A DNA stretch of 64,000 nt from Planctomycetota bacterium (GTDB lineage Bacteria; Planctomycetota; Phycisphaerae; Phycisphaerales; UBA1924). Below are positions 17,756-30,675 of this stretch, piece by piece. Positions within the stretch are counted from its first letter, which is position 1, and every line of letters starts with the position of its first letter. The stretch covers positions 19,566 through 83,565 of the forward strand of contig JACTNA010000016.1 of NCBI GenBank assembly GCA_014584315.1, in the 5' to 3' direction. Under the pieces are notes generated by a model that searched no databases, was not told the origin of the DNA, and worked only from the letters and a program-made list of their open reading frames with translations. The translations under genes were made by a program, and so were the position numbers.

Positions 17756-19321
17756 ATGAACGAGCGAGAAGTCGTAACGGGTGCGTTAAAGGCGCTGTTG
17801 AGTGCGTTCGCCGATGCGTTGGAGTCGGATGCCGAGTTGCGGCAGGCGGCGCGGCGCGTAGCGGGCCTGCTTGTTGAACCGGCGGCGGCTGAGCCGACGG
17901 CAGCCCCGACGCGGAGCGAGCCGCAGTCTCCGGAACCGAAGCCGGTTGTGCAGGTTGTGCAGCCGAAGGAGCCGATCCGCGGGCCGAAGCAAGTGCTCGA
18001 GTTTCGGATCGGGGACTCGAATCCTGTGGAGACGGTATTGCAGGGGAGCACGGTTCACGCGGTAAGGGCGATCGACCGTCCGGAGCCTGCCCCGGCGGCG
18101 TTGCAACCGCCCGCGCCGCGGGGGGCTGCGGCGACGACGGCTGACCTGCCGGACCTCGAACTGGTGCGTCGGTCGGCGTCGCTCAAGGCGCAGGCGTGCG
18201 CTGCGCCGCCCGGCGCGGCCACGGATCGGCTGATGTCCCAGATCGACCGTGTGCGAGACTCGGGCGCGACGCCGGCGGACTTGTGGATGTTCGATCCGAA
18301 GCGGCGCAGCCCGGAGCGTCTCGCGCTGGGTGCGTCGGCGTACGACGCGCTGGCCGTCGCGGCGGAACTCGGGCGTGCGCTCGACAAGGCCGGGCGCATC
18401 CGTCCGGGCGGCGACCTGGAGCGCCACTTCGCCCTGATGGCGCAGGCGCAGTCTGCGGTCCGGCCGTTCGTGGACGAGCACCGGGGCGAGGTGGACACGG
18501 ACCAGTTGGCGATGTTCCGGTGGTTGCGGACCCTCACGTCGGAGGAGCGTTGCGGCGTGCTGGTCGAGCGGTACATGCGGCGCGACGACGTGGCGGACCC
18601 GGCGGAGTCGGGCGAGGTCAAGGCTGCTCTCAAGGCCGAACTGGCGTCGCTGGAGTCGTCGCTGAAGGTGCAGAAGATTCTCGACAACCTGGCGTACAAA
18701 GCGGAGCGGGTGGCGGCCGAGGCGCAGCCCGACACCGACGAGGTGCGTCGGATGGATGAGTTGGTGCGTGAGGTCGTCGCGCTCGGGGTGCGGACGAACG
18801 AGGGGCGGCTGACCCGGGCGCTCGCGCCCGCCGCGACCACGCTCGACCCGGGGGACGGGGCGTCGCCCGAGTTCGCGGAGGCGCTCGTGCACGCGCGCAA
18901 GCGTGCGGGGTCGGCTTCGCAGCCCGAGGACGCCGAAGAGGACGCGCGGCTGGAACCGGCGGTCGCCGAGGCGGCCGATCTGTTGCGGAGCCGACGGGTG
19001 ACGCGGATGGCGATCGCCGGGGGCGTCGACTATCCGGCGCAACGGCAACGGCTCGAGCGTGACTTCGGGCTTGAGGAGGTTGTGCGGGTCGAGGCGCAGG
19101 CGGACAAGTCGAACGCGGACCTCGGCTCGCGGATCGCGGCGGCACGGCCTGACCTGGTGCTGGTCACGCGCTGGCTGAGCCACTCGCAGACGGACGCGGT
19201 GGTGGAGTCGTGCCGTTCGCGGGGGCTGCCGTGCGTGCGGCTGCCGTATGAGTCGGGGCTTGGCTCGGTGCGCGTGGCGGCGGCGATCCTGGAGCAGTTC
19301 GGGCCGGTGGCGGCGCGCTGA
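17756..19321 (+). CDS. Hypothetical protein with DUF2325-like C-terminal domain
   Basis: ATG with AGGA 8 nt upstream and high GC3. C-terminus RMAIAGGVDYPAQRQRLERDFG...DLVLVTRWLSHSQTDAVVESCRSRGLPCVRLP matches my memory of the DUF2325 pattern. The 548-aa minus ORF 17786..19432 is Arg-rich shadow. Confidence 0.7.
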   Translation: MNEREVVTGALKALLSAFADALESDAELRQAARRVAGLLVEPAAAEPTAAPTRSEPQSPEPKPVVQVVQPKEPIRGPKQVLEFRIGDSNPVETVLQGSTVHAVRAIDRPEPAPAALQPPAPRGAAATTADLPDLELVRRSASLKAQACAAPPGAATDRLMSQIDRVRDSGATPADLWMFDPKRRSPERLALGASAYDALAVAAELGRALDKAGRIRPGGDLERHFALMAQAQSAVRPFVDEHRGEVDTDQLAMFRWLRTLTSEERCGVLVERYMRRDDVADPAESGEVKAALKAELASLESSLKVQKILDNLAYKAERVAAEAQPDTDEVRRMDELVREVVALGVRTNEGRLTRALAPAATTLDPGDGASPEFAEALVHARKRAGSASQPEDAEEDARLEPAVAEAADLLRSRRVTRMAIAGGVDYPAQRQRLERDFGLEEVVRVEAQADKSNADLGSRIAAARPDLVLVTRWLSHSQTDAVVESCRSRGLPCVRLPYESGLGSVRVAAAILEQFGPVAAR

Positions 19322-19530
19322 ATCAGCCCGCGATCGCGCACGATTCACTCCCGAACAAAGGCCTATAGACCCGATTGTGACGTCGACCTCGCGGCAAGAA
19401 ACTTGTCGGAATCTCCAGTTTCGCGCGGACACGGGGTGTCGTAAGGCGTTAGGGTGGCCCTTCCGGCTGCGGGACTGCGGGGGAGTGTCCTCAGAGCGTG
19501 GCTGGGCTTCTCCGTTCGAAAGGACCCGCC

Positions 19531-22500
19531 ATGCGACCGACCGGCCCGATGTTCGAGAGTCTCGAGAACCGGAAACTCCTCGCGTCGATCGTGGTGGACA
19601 CGCTCGCGGACAACATCGATCTGGACGGCAAGATATCGCTGCGGGAGGCGCTCACAGCGGCCAACACCGACGCGGCCTTCGGCGACGCGCCGGCGGGGAG
19701 CCTGATCGACCAGATCTACTTCGACGCGTCGATCGCGGGCGGCACGATCGTGCTGCAACTCGGAGAACTCTCGATCACGGACGGCCTGTTCCTGTTCGGG
19801 ATGACGCCGGAGGTTGTGAACGCGAACATCACGATCGACGGGAACAACGCGTCGCGCATCTTCAGCATCAACGACGGTGACGACAACACGCATCAGAACG
19901 TCACGATCACGGACCTGACGCTCACGCGGGGCGCGGCGGCCCACTCCGGCGGGGCGATCCAGAGCCGCGAGACGCTCAGCCTTTTCCGGAGCGTCCTGGC
20001 GGACAACACGGCGGTCGTGTCCGGCGGGGCGATCTCGCATCAGCACTCGAGCCTCACGATCACCGACAGCCGGATCTCGGGGAACACCGCCGGCAACGTG
20101 GACGGGAATCACCGGGGCGGAGGGGTGCAGTACACTTCGACCGTCGGCTCGCTCACGATCACGAACACGGTGATCCGCGACAACACCGCGTTCAGCGGAG
20201 GCGGGTTGCATTCGAGCGGGACCACCGGGGTCACGATCACGGGGAGCGAGATCAGCGGCAACTCCGCGAATCTGGCCGGCGGGATCGCGATGTTCACGCC
20301 CGGCGGCGCGAAACTGATCCAGAACTCGACGATCTCCGGCAACAGTTCGGCCGGGTTCGGCAGCGGCATCCACTTCGACGGCAACGATCAGGATCCTTCG
20401 ACCGTCACGATCGCGAACTCGACGTTCACCGCGAACGTGGCGGACACCAACAACAACGCGGGCAATCCGTTCTCCAACGGCGCGATCTGGCTGAGCAACA
20501 ACGCAAACCTCGTCCTGCACAGCACGATCGTCGCGGGCAACACGCGCACGCCGGACAACCCCATCCCGTCCGACCTGCACGCCTTCTTCGGCGGGACGAT
20601 CGACGCGGACGGCTCGATGAACAACCTGATCGGGGACCCGGACTCGGCGGGCGGGCTGGTCAACGGCGTAAACGGGAACCTGGTCGGCGTCGATGCGCTG
20701 CTCGGGCCGCTTTCCGATCACAACGGCCTGACGCGGACGCACGCTCTGCTGGCGGGCAGCCCGGCGATCGACGCAGGGTCGAACACGCAGACGCTGACGA
20801 CCGACCAGCGCGGGCTCCTTTTCTCGCGCGAGTTCGGAGGGGCGCCGGACATCGGGGCGTTCGAGCGGCAGAAACTGAGCCTCAACGTCGATACGGCGTC
20901 CATGGAGGCGAACAACGACTTCTCGCCGGGCAACCTCTCGCTCCGGGAAGCGGTGACGCTCGCGAACAAGAACCCCGGTACGGACGAGATCGGCTTCGAC
21001 GCGTCGATCCATGGCGGTTCGCTCGTGCTCGGCGGGAGCGACCTGTCGTTCACGGACCCGGTTGACATTGTCGGTCCCGGTCCGGACCGGCTCACGATCG
21101 ACGGAGGAGGCGCATCGGGGGTCTTCAGCATCCCCGGGGACGCGGGCGGGGGGGCGTCCTCGATCTCCGGGCTTACGATCACCGGGGGGAACGCCGCACA
21201 GGGCGGCGGCATCTTCAACACCGGCGAACTCACGCTCACGAACACACGCATCGACAGCAACACGGCCGGACAGGGCGGGGGCATCTACAACAGCGGCACA
21301 CTTTCTCTGCTCGGCACAACCGTCTCGAACAACACCGCGGACGGTGAGGGCGGGGGCATCGAGAACGACGGCGGTACGGTCTCCATCACGAACTCGACGA
21401 TCTCCGGCAACACCGCGGGATCGGCCGGTGGTGGCGTGGACAACTTCGGCGGCTTGCTGACCGTGACCACCAGCACATTCTCCAACAACACCACCCAGGG
21501 CAGCGGCGGGGCCGTCTGGACCGACACGACCCTCACGATCCGGAACTCCACCATCAGTGGGAACTCCGCGGGCGACTTCGGCGGCGGCGTCGGCATGTTC
21601 GGCGGCACGGTGGACATCTCCAACTCGACCATCGCCTCCAACCGCGCCAACACGAACGGCATCGACGGCTTCGGCGTGGGCGGCGGGATCGACGTCGGCG
21701 GCGCGCAGGGCGACGGCGTCCTCACCATTCACAGCACCATCGTCGCCGACAACACCTTCGGTGCGACCAGCAGCCCGACGCCCAACGACATCACGCTCAC
21801 GAACGGTGGCACGATCGCCCCCGCTTCCGCCAACAACCTGGTCGGCGACGCGGCGACGGCGGGCGGCCTGGTCAACGGCGAGAACGGGAACCTCGTCGGT
21901 GCGAGCGCCGGGCTCCTCGCCCTCGCCGACAACGGCGGCGCGACGCAGACCCACGCGCTCGACACAACCAGCGCGGCGATCAACGCCGGATCGAACCCGG
22001 ACTCGCTCACGACGGACCAGCGCGGCAAGAGCCGCGTTCGGAACGGGGCGCCGGACATCGGCGCGTTCGAGAGCGGCAGCCCGACCATCGCCTCGCTGAC
22101 CACCTCGATCGTGGCCGGCGAATGGTTCCGCGGCGACGCCGTCACGCTCACGGCCAACGGCGTCGAGGACGAGGACGGCACCCCGCAGTCCGTCGCGTTC
22201 TACTTCGACGCGAACGGGAACGGGGTTCCGGACGACGACGAGATCATCGGCCAGGACACGGACGCCGCGGGCGGGTTCACGATCGTCGTCCCCGGCTCGG
22301 TGACGCTCGGCTGGACGAGCACGTCGAGGTTGTTCGCGATCGCTGTGGGCGTGTTCGCCCAGTCGAGCGAGGCCGCGAGCGATGAAGTCGCGACGCCGTA
22401 CTCTGTGAACGCCGCCCAGGGCGCGGTGGCACGGAGCGCGTCGGACGCCGGCGACCGGCACTGGGTGGCCTTCCGCAACGATCGCAACGGAGTGACGGTC

Positions 22501-23553
22501 TTCTTCGAAGGCTCATGGAACGCGGTGGACCCGATGGAGCAGGCCGGGACCGCCGCCGCGCTCGTGAGCGATCCGGTCGTCTGGTTCGATGCCGGCGACG
22601 GGACGGTGAACGTGGCGGCCGCGACGGTGAACGGCCTGATCGTCTTCACCCGGTCGGCGGCGGGCGAGTGGACGCAGGTCAATCTTTCGGTGTCGTTCTT
22701 CTCGCCCGGGCAGGGGAACGGCGCGTACAACGCCGGCGACTCGTTCTCCAAACTGGTCCAGTTCACGAGCAACGCGGGGATCGTGGTCGTCGCGGGCGTT
22801 CACGACGCGACCGGGCGCATCCTGAGTTTCATGCTCTCCGCGCCCGTCGAGTCGAGCCGGCTGTGGTCGTTCCGCGACATCTCGACCGAACTGAACAACC
22901 AGGGGATGGGGACGCCCGCGCTGAGCGAGATGATCGCGTACGTGACGGCGTGGGACGCCTGGAACCTCGCGGGCATCGACGCCGACGGCAACATCCAGTC
23001 GATCTGGGTCTTCCCGGAACTCTTCTCGCAGTGGCGCCGGGACAACCTCTCGGCCATCACCGGGGCCGCTCCGATCGCCGGGCAGTTGACGGTGACGCTC
23101 ACGACCTGGCAGGGGATCAACCTGGCGGGCGTGAACGCGGCGGGCGACCTGGTGGTGACGTGGTGGGTGCCGCAGTTCGGCGGCAACTGGGAGAACAACA
23201 ACCTTACCACCGAGACGGACGGTGCAAGCAAACTGGCCGCGGGCCGCGTCACCGGGTACGTCACGCCGTGGGGCGGGATCAACTACGCGGGCCTGCGCGG
23301 GGACGGCGAGGTCGTGGTGTACTGGTGGGTGCCGGGGTTCACGGGGTGGCTCGTGGATGCGCTGACGGAGGACATCTCGGCGAGCCAGCCGAGGCCGGTC
23401 GGGACCTTGACGAGCCACGGGTCCGACGCCGGGACGCTGAGCATCCAGGGCGTGAGCGAGAACGAGGAGGTCGTGCGGCTGTATTGGAAGGTGCCGCCGG
23501 CGCCCGACGCCTGGACGCTGGAGAACCTGACGGACGAGGCCGTCCGCACCTGA
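19531..23553 (+). CDS. Giant secreted parallel beta-helix protein (GGxGGAI pectate-lyase/Pmp-type repeats, two choice-of-anchor-Q-like modules, C-terminal Trp-rich repeat domain)
   Basis: ATG 19531 with GAAAGGA SD. MRPTGPMFESLENRKLLA N-terminal motif. Repeated SGGAI/GGGI...N(T/S) beta-helix turns. L.DNGG.T.TH.L...S.AI.AGSN...TTDQRG......APDIGAFE occurs twice (about 20698-20865 and 21913-22071). Seven W-rich blades in 22453-23550. Confidence 0.85.
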   Translation: MRPTGPMFESLENRKLLASIVVDTLADNIDLDGKISLREALTAANTDAAFGDAPAGSLIDQIYFDASIAGGTIVLQLGELSITDGLFLFGMTPEVVNANITIDGNNASRIFSINDGDDNTHQNVTITDLTLTRGAAAHSGGAIQSRETLSLFRSVLADNTAVVSGGAISHQHSSLTITDSRISGNTAGNVDGNHRGGGVQYTSTVGSLTITNTVIRDNTAFSGGGLHSSGTTGVTITGSEISGNSANLAGGIAMFTPGGAKLIQNSTISGNSSAGFGSGIHFDGNDQDPSTVTIANSTFTANVADTNNNAGNPFSNGAIWLSNNANLVLHSTIVAGNTRTPDNPIPSDLHAFFGGTIDADGSMNNLIGDPDSAGGLVNGVNGNLVGVDALLGPLSDHNGLTRTHALLAGSPAIDAGSNTQTLTTDQRGLLFSREFGGAPDIGAFERQKLSLNVDTASMEANNDFSPGNLSLREAVTLANKNPGTDEIGFDASIHGGSLVLGGSDLSFTDPVDIVGPGPDRLTIDGGGASGVFSIPGDAGGGASSISGLTITGGNAAQGGGIFNTGELTLTNTRIDSNTAGQGGGIYNSGTLSLLGTTVSNNTADGEGGGIENDGGTVSITNSTISGNTAGSAGGGVDNFGGLLTVTTSTFSNNTTQGSGGAVWTDTTLTIRNSTISGNSAGDFGGGVGMFGGTVDISNSTIASNRANTNGIDGFGVGGGIDVGGAQGDGVLTIHSTIVADNTFGATSSPTPNDITLTNGGTIAPASANNLVGDAATAGGLVNGENGNLVGASAGLLALADNGGATQTHALDTTSAAINAGSNPDSLTTDQRGKSRVRNGAPDIGAFESGSPTIASLTTSIVAGEWFRGDAVTLTANGVEDEDGTPQSVAFYFDANGNGVPDDDEIIGQDTDAAGGFTIVVPGSVTLGWTSTSRLFAIAVGVFAQSSEAASDEVATPYSVNAAQGAVARSASDAGDRHWVAFRNDRNGVTVFFEGSWNAVDPMEQAGTAAALVSDPVVWFDAGDGTVNVAAATVNGLIVFTRSAAGEWTQVNLSVSFFSPGQGNGAYNAGDSFSKLVQFTSNAGIVVVAGVHDATGRILSFMLSAPVESSRLWSFRDISTELNNQGMGTPALSEMIAYVTAWDAWNLAGIDADGNIQSIWVFPELFSQWRRDNLSAITGAAPIAGQLTVTLTTWQGINLAGVNAAGDLVVTWWVPQFGGNWENNNLTTETDGASKLAAGRVTGYVTPWGGINYAGLRGDGEVVVYWWVPGFTGWLVDALTEDISASQPRPVGTLTSHGSDAGTLSIQGVSENEEVVRLYWKVPPAPDAWTLENLTDEAVRT

Positions 23554-23563
23554 GCGGGTGCGG

Positions 23564-23569
23564 TACAAT
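23564..23569 (+). promoter_or_regulatory. Possible -10 element (TACAAT) for the tRNA gene
   Basis: TACAAT lies 12 nt upstream of tRNA position 1. I found no convincing -35. Confidence 0.25.
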
Positions 23570-23581
23570 CACGCCTGCCCC

Positions 23582-23654
23582 GCGGGCGTAGCTCAGTTGG
23601 TAGAGCGTCAGCCTTCCAAGCTGAATGTCGAGGGTTCGAGTCCCTTCGCCCGCT
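23582..23654 (+). tRNA. tRNA-Gly (anticodon UCC)
   Basis: Hand-folded cloverleaf. Acceptor GCGGGCG/CGCCCGC, D arm GCTC-AGTTGGTA-GAGC, anticodon arm TCAGC-CTTCCAA-GCTGA (UCC), variable ATGTC, T arm GAGGG-TTCGAGT-CCCTT, discriminator T. CCA is not encoded. Confidence 0.92.
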
Positions 23655-23660
23655 TTCGAG

Positions 23661-23699
23661 ACCGCCGCCGTCCAGAGTGGATGGCGGCGGTTTTCGTTT
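23661..23699 (+). terminator. Rho-independent terminator after tRNA-Gly
   Basis: 14-bp stem ACCGCCGCCGTCCA / TGGATGGCGGCGGT (one G-U pair), 3-nt loop GAG, followed by TTTCGTTT. Confidence 0.8.
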
Positions 23700-23945
23700 G
23701 CCGATGCCCGCGGCTCGCGATGTGTGCCTGCCATGCCGCCCACGCCCTGGCCCCGGCGCTCGACGAAGCGGAGGAAGCACACACCTGGACGGCCGGCGGA
23801 AGAGCCGCGCGAGATCGGGAGAATCCGTCTGGTCGGAGGGTTCCGGGCCGCGCGTGCAGGTCACGCGGGAACAGCGGCGGGCGGGTCAGGGCGCGACGCG
23901 CGGGCCTGTGCCGCGCATCGCGCCCCGGCGCGCCCTACGCCCGCG

Positions 23946-24886
23946 TCAATCGGTCTTGCGGCCCTCCGGTTCGACTCCGCCGTCCGTGCGCTGCGGCATG
24001 TACCGCCCCTTGGCCCGCCACGCCTCGTCGATGATTCGGAGGTACCGCAGCGGATCGGCCTCCACCTTCGGGTGGCACATGGCGCAGCAGAATCGCAGCA
24101 GGCGACCGGCGACGACCAACTCCGACGGCTCGCCCATCGACCCGAGTTCGCCGCCCGCCACGATGCAGGTGGTCAGCGGGTAGTCCTTCCGTTGCGCGTC
24201 CGCCGCCGCCGTGTCGATTTTCTTCAGGAACGAGCGTGGATCCGCGCGGAACTCCTTCTCGCAACTCTTGCAGCACAGGCGCACCAGCCGATTGTTGAAC
24301 ACGATCTCCGTCGCGGCGTCTCTGCCGTCTTCCTTCAGCGGCTCGTCCGACACGACGCACGTGTCCAGCGGGTAGAACGGGCGCTGGTCTTTGGCCATCG
24401 CCTCGTCGATCTTCTTCCAGGCCGCCGCCCGATCGGCCTCGAACCGGTCGATGCAGCCCGCGCAGCAGAATCGCACCTCGCGCCCGTCGTAGCGCTTGAC
24501 GACAGGCTCGCCCATGGAACCGAGTTTCCGGCCCGAGATCGGGCACGTCGCGAGCGTGTACAGGTCGGTCCACGGTTCGGCGTTGCGCCCGGCTTCCTGC
24601 GCCGGTTTCGCCTCGGGCTGCCGGCCGTGGAGTTCCTGCCCCGGCTCCTTTCGCGCCCTGGCGAGCGTGACGAACTCGTCCTTGCGGGCTTCGTCCCACT
24701 CAAGGAACTGCTCCCCGCACCCGGGGCAGCACAGCCCGATCGTGGCTCCCTTGTACTCGACGGTGCCGGCGGACGCGACGATCGGCTCCTTCCCGATCGG
24801 GCACATCGCGTTGACCGGCGCGGTCTGACCCGGCGCGGCACGGCCGAACGTAGCGGCGAACACGGCGGCAAGCACCCAGACGCACT

Positions 24887-24890
<4 letters not shown>
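23946..24890 (-). CDS. Secreted protein built of four TRASH/YHS-like Cys repeats (putative periplasmic metal-binding partner of the Cus system), 314 aa
   Basis: Internal ATG 24888-24890 of listed ORF 23946..25397 (GGAGG SD; ATGA overlap with the cusA stop). Signal peptide MKCVWVLAAVFAATFGRA. Four repeats of C-x(20-25)-[LF]CC-x2-C-x3-F/V. Confidence 0.8.
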
Positions 24891-28698
<3,808 letters not shown>

Positions 28699-28702
<4 letters not shown>

Positions 28703-30675
28703 GGCTCGCCCTCCCCGTGCGGCAGCGGCGCGAAACGCTCGCGAATCTCGCCGCACCGCAGCATCGACGCGCCGAAGTACGGATTGGCGATCGTTTCAGT
28801 GCGCTGCAGCCAGTCCGCGCCCCGGTTATCGAACGCCATCGGACAGTGCGCCAGGGTCCAGGTCTCCGCGCCCAGATGCCCGAATCGGCGCGCCAGATCG
28901 ATCGCCCCTTCGCTCATCCGCAGGAACCGCTCGCGGGCGTCTTCGAGCGAGTCGGCGCGGCCCGGCTGTCGGAGGCTCGCCGCGGCCCGACGCCACGCCC
29001 CCAGCGGCTCGCCCACCAGCCCGGCCTCCTGCACGCGCTCGATCGCACGCGCCACGTCCGCCTCCGCCCGGATGAACCCCTCCAGGTCGTCCGCCGCCAG
29101 CGAGGCCTGCGCATCGAGGTACGACGCGTACACCGGCTTAAGCCCGAAGAGGAACAGGTCGGGCGTGCGCTCGCGCGCCGGCTCATCCGCACCCTCGCTC
29201 TCGGGCGACATCATGCTCGGCTTGGCCGCGATCTGCATCGCGCTGTCGATCCGGAACGAGCCGCTCGCCACGACGGACTCGCCTTCGCGGAGACCCTCGC
29301 GGACGGTGTAGAACCCGCCCGCACGCGGCCCGAGCACGACTTCGCGACCCTCGAAGGTCGGTTGCTCGGCGCCGTCGATCCGCACATACACGACGGAACG
29401 CGTCCCGGTGAACAGCACCGCCGAGCGCGGGATGACGAGCGGCGGCGTCGCCGCGGCCGGGTCGCCCACCACGCCGAGAGATTCGGCGGGCACGAGGTCC
29501 ATCCCGCACACGTCGCACCGCCCCGGGCCGTCCTTCACCACGGTCGGGTGCATCGGGCTGACCCATCGCCCCGCGAGTTCGTCGCCGAGGACCGCTCCGT
29601 CGGCGGTGACGCGCGGGCGCACGATCGCCGACGCGAACATGCCCGGCTTGAGCCGGCGATCGGTGTTGTCCACGGCGACGCGGACGGTGGCCGTCCGGGT
29701 GGTGTCTTTGACGACCGGCTCGATGAACGAGACGCGCCCTTCGAACGCATCGCCCGGGTGGGCCTCGACCGTGAAGCGCACCACCTGTCCCCAGCGCAGC
29801 AACGGGAGTTGCGACTCGTACGCCTCCAGGTCCAGCCACAGGCGTGAGAGGTCCGCGACGGTCGCGAGCGGCGCGCCGATGGTGACGTAGTCCCCCTCCC
29901 GCACGGCGAGGTTCGTGACGATGCCGCCGATCGGGGCGAACACCGTGAGGCGATCCGACGCGAACTCGCCGCTCTCGACCGCTGCCACCTGCTCTGGGGT
30001 GAGGCCGAACAGCCGCAGTTTCTCTCGCGATGCGCGCAGCGTGTCCTCGGTCGCGCGCCGAATCAGGTCGCTCGCCGCGCCCGTGCCGTCGGCCGCCGCC
30101 CTCGCCTGCCGCAGTTCCTCGAACGCGGCGAGCAGTTCCGGGCTGTAGATCTCCGCGAGGTGGTCCCCGCGGTTCACGGGCACGCCGAGGTAGTTCACGA
30201 ACAGGCGGTCGATCCGGCCCGGGAAGTACGCCGTCAGCCTTGCGACCGATGTCTCGTCGTAGGTCACCTTGCCGTACAAGCGGACCTCCGCGACCGGGAA
30301 GAACCGCCGAACCGCCACGGTTTCGACCCGGCTCAGGGCGGCAGCGTCCGCGCTGAACGTGATCCGTCGCTCCCCGCCCTCGCCTCCGTCGTCGTCCGCG
30401 ACCGGGATGAGATCCATGAAGCAGATGGGGCACTTCGCCTTCGGGTCCGGCAGGCGGACCTGGGGGTGCATCGAGCACGTGTACATGCGCACCGGCCCGT
30501 CATCGGCGCGCTCGGGCGCGACCGCCGCCGAGTCGGTGCGCGGCTCCGGTTCGGGCAGCCCCAGCCGATACCCGCCCGCGAACGCCGCCACGATCAGCAC
30601 GACGGCCACGCCCGCGCTCGCGCGTCGCCACACCCACGCCGCCGCGGCCCGTGCCTTGCCGATGAGTCGAGTCAC
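28699..30675 (-). CDS. cusB: Efflux RND periplasmic adaptor, CusB family, with two Cys-rich heavy-metal-binding motifs and a DUF3347-like C-terminal domain
   Basis: GTG start. YTCSMHPQVRLPDPKAKCPICFMDLIP (30400-30486) and WVSPMHPTVVKDGPGRCDVCGMDLVP (29485-29565). MFP beta-barrel/lipoyl core. C-terminus ...AHCPMAFDNRGADWLQRTETIANPYFGASMLRCGE (DUF3347-like). Confidence 0.88.

Noticed and set aside
19363-22461. 1032-aa minus ORF opposite the beta-helix protein, and similar long shadows (15714..17714 -, 17786..19432 -, 26525..29311 +, 32644..34911 +, 39568..41589 -, 58131..60734 +, 55216..57039 +)
   Set aside because: All are Arg/Pro/Gly/Asp-rich and lack motifs. Each lies exactly opposite a gene with strong family signatures. 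This is expected from stop-codon depletion at about 70% GC.
23700-23945. Possible integrase, att site or mobile element next to tRNA-Gly
   Set aside because: No ORF with integrase or transposase motifs is present, and I found no repeat of the tRNA 3' end by eye. It is kept only as a low-interest hypothesis in the findings.
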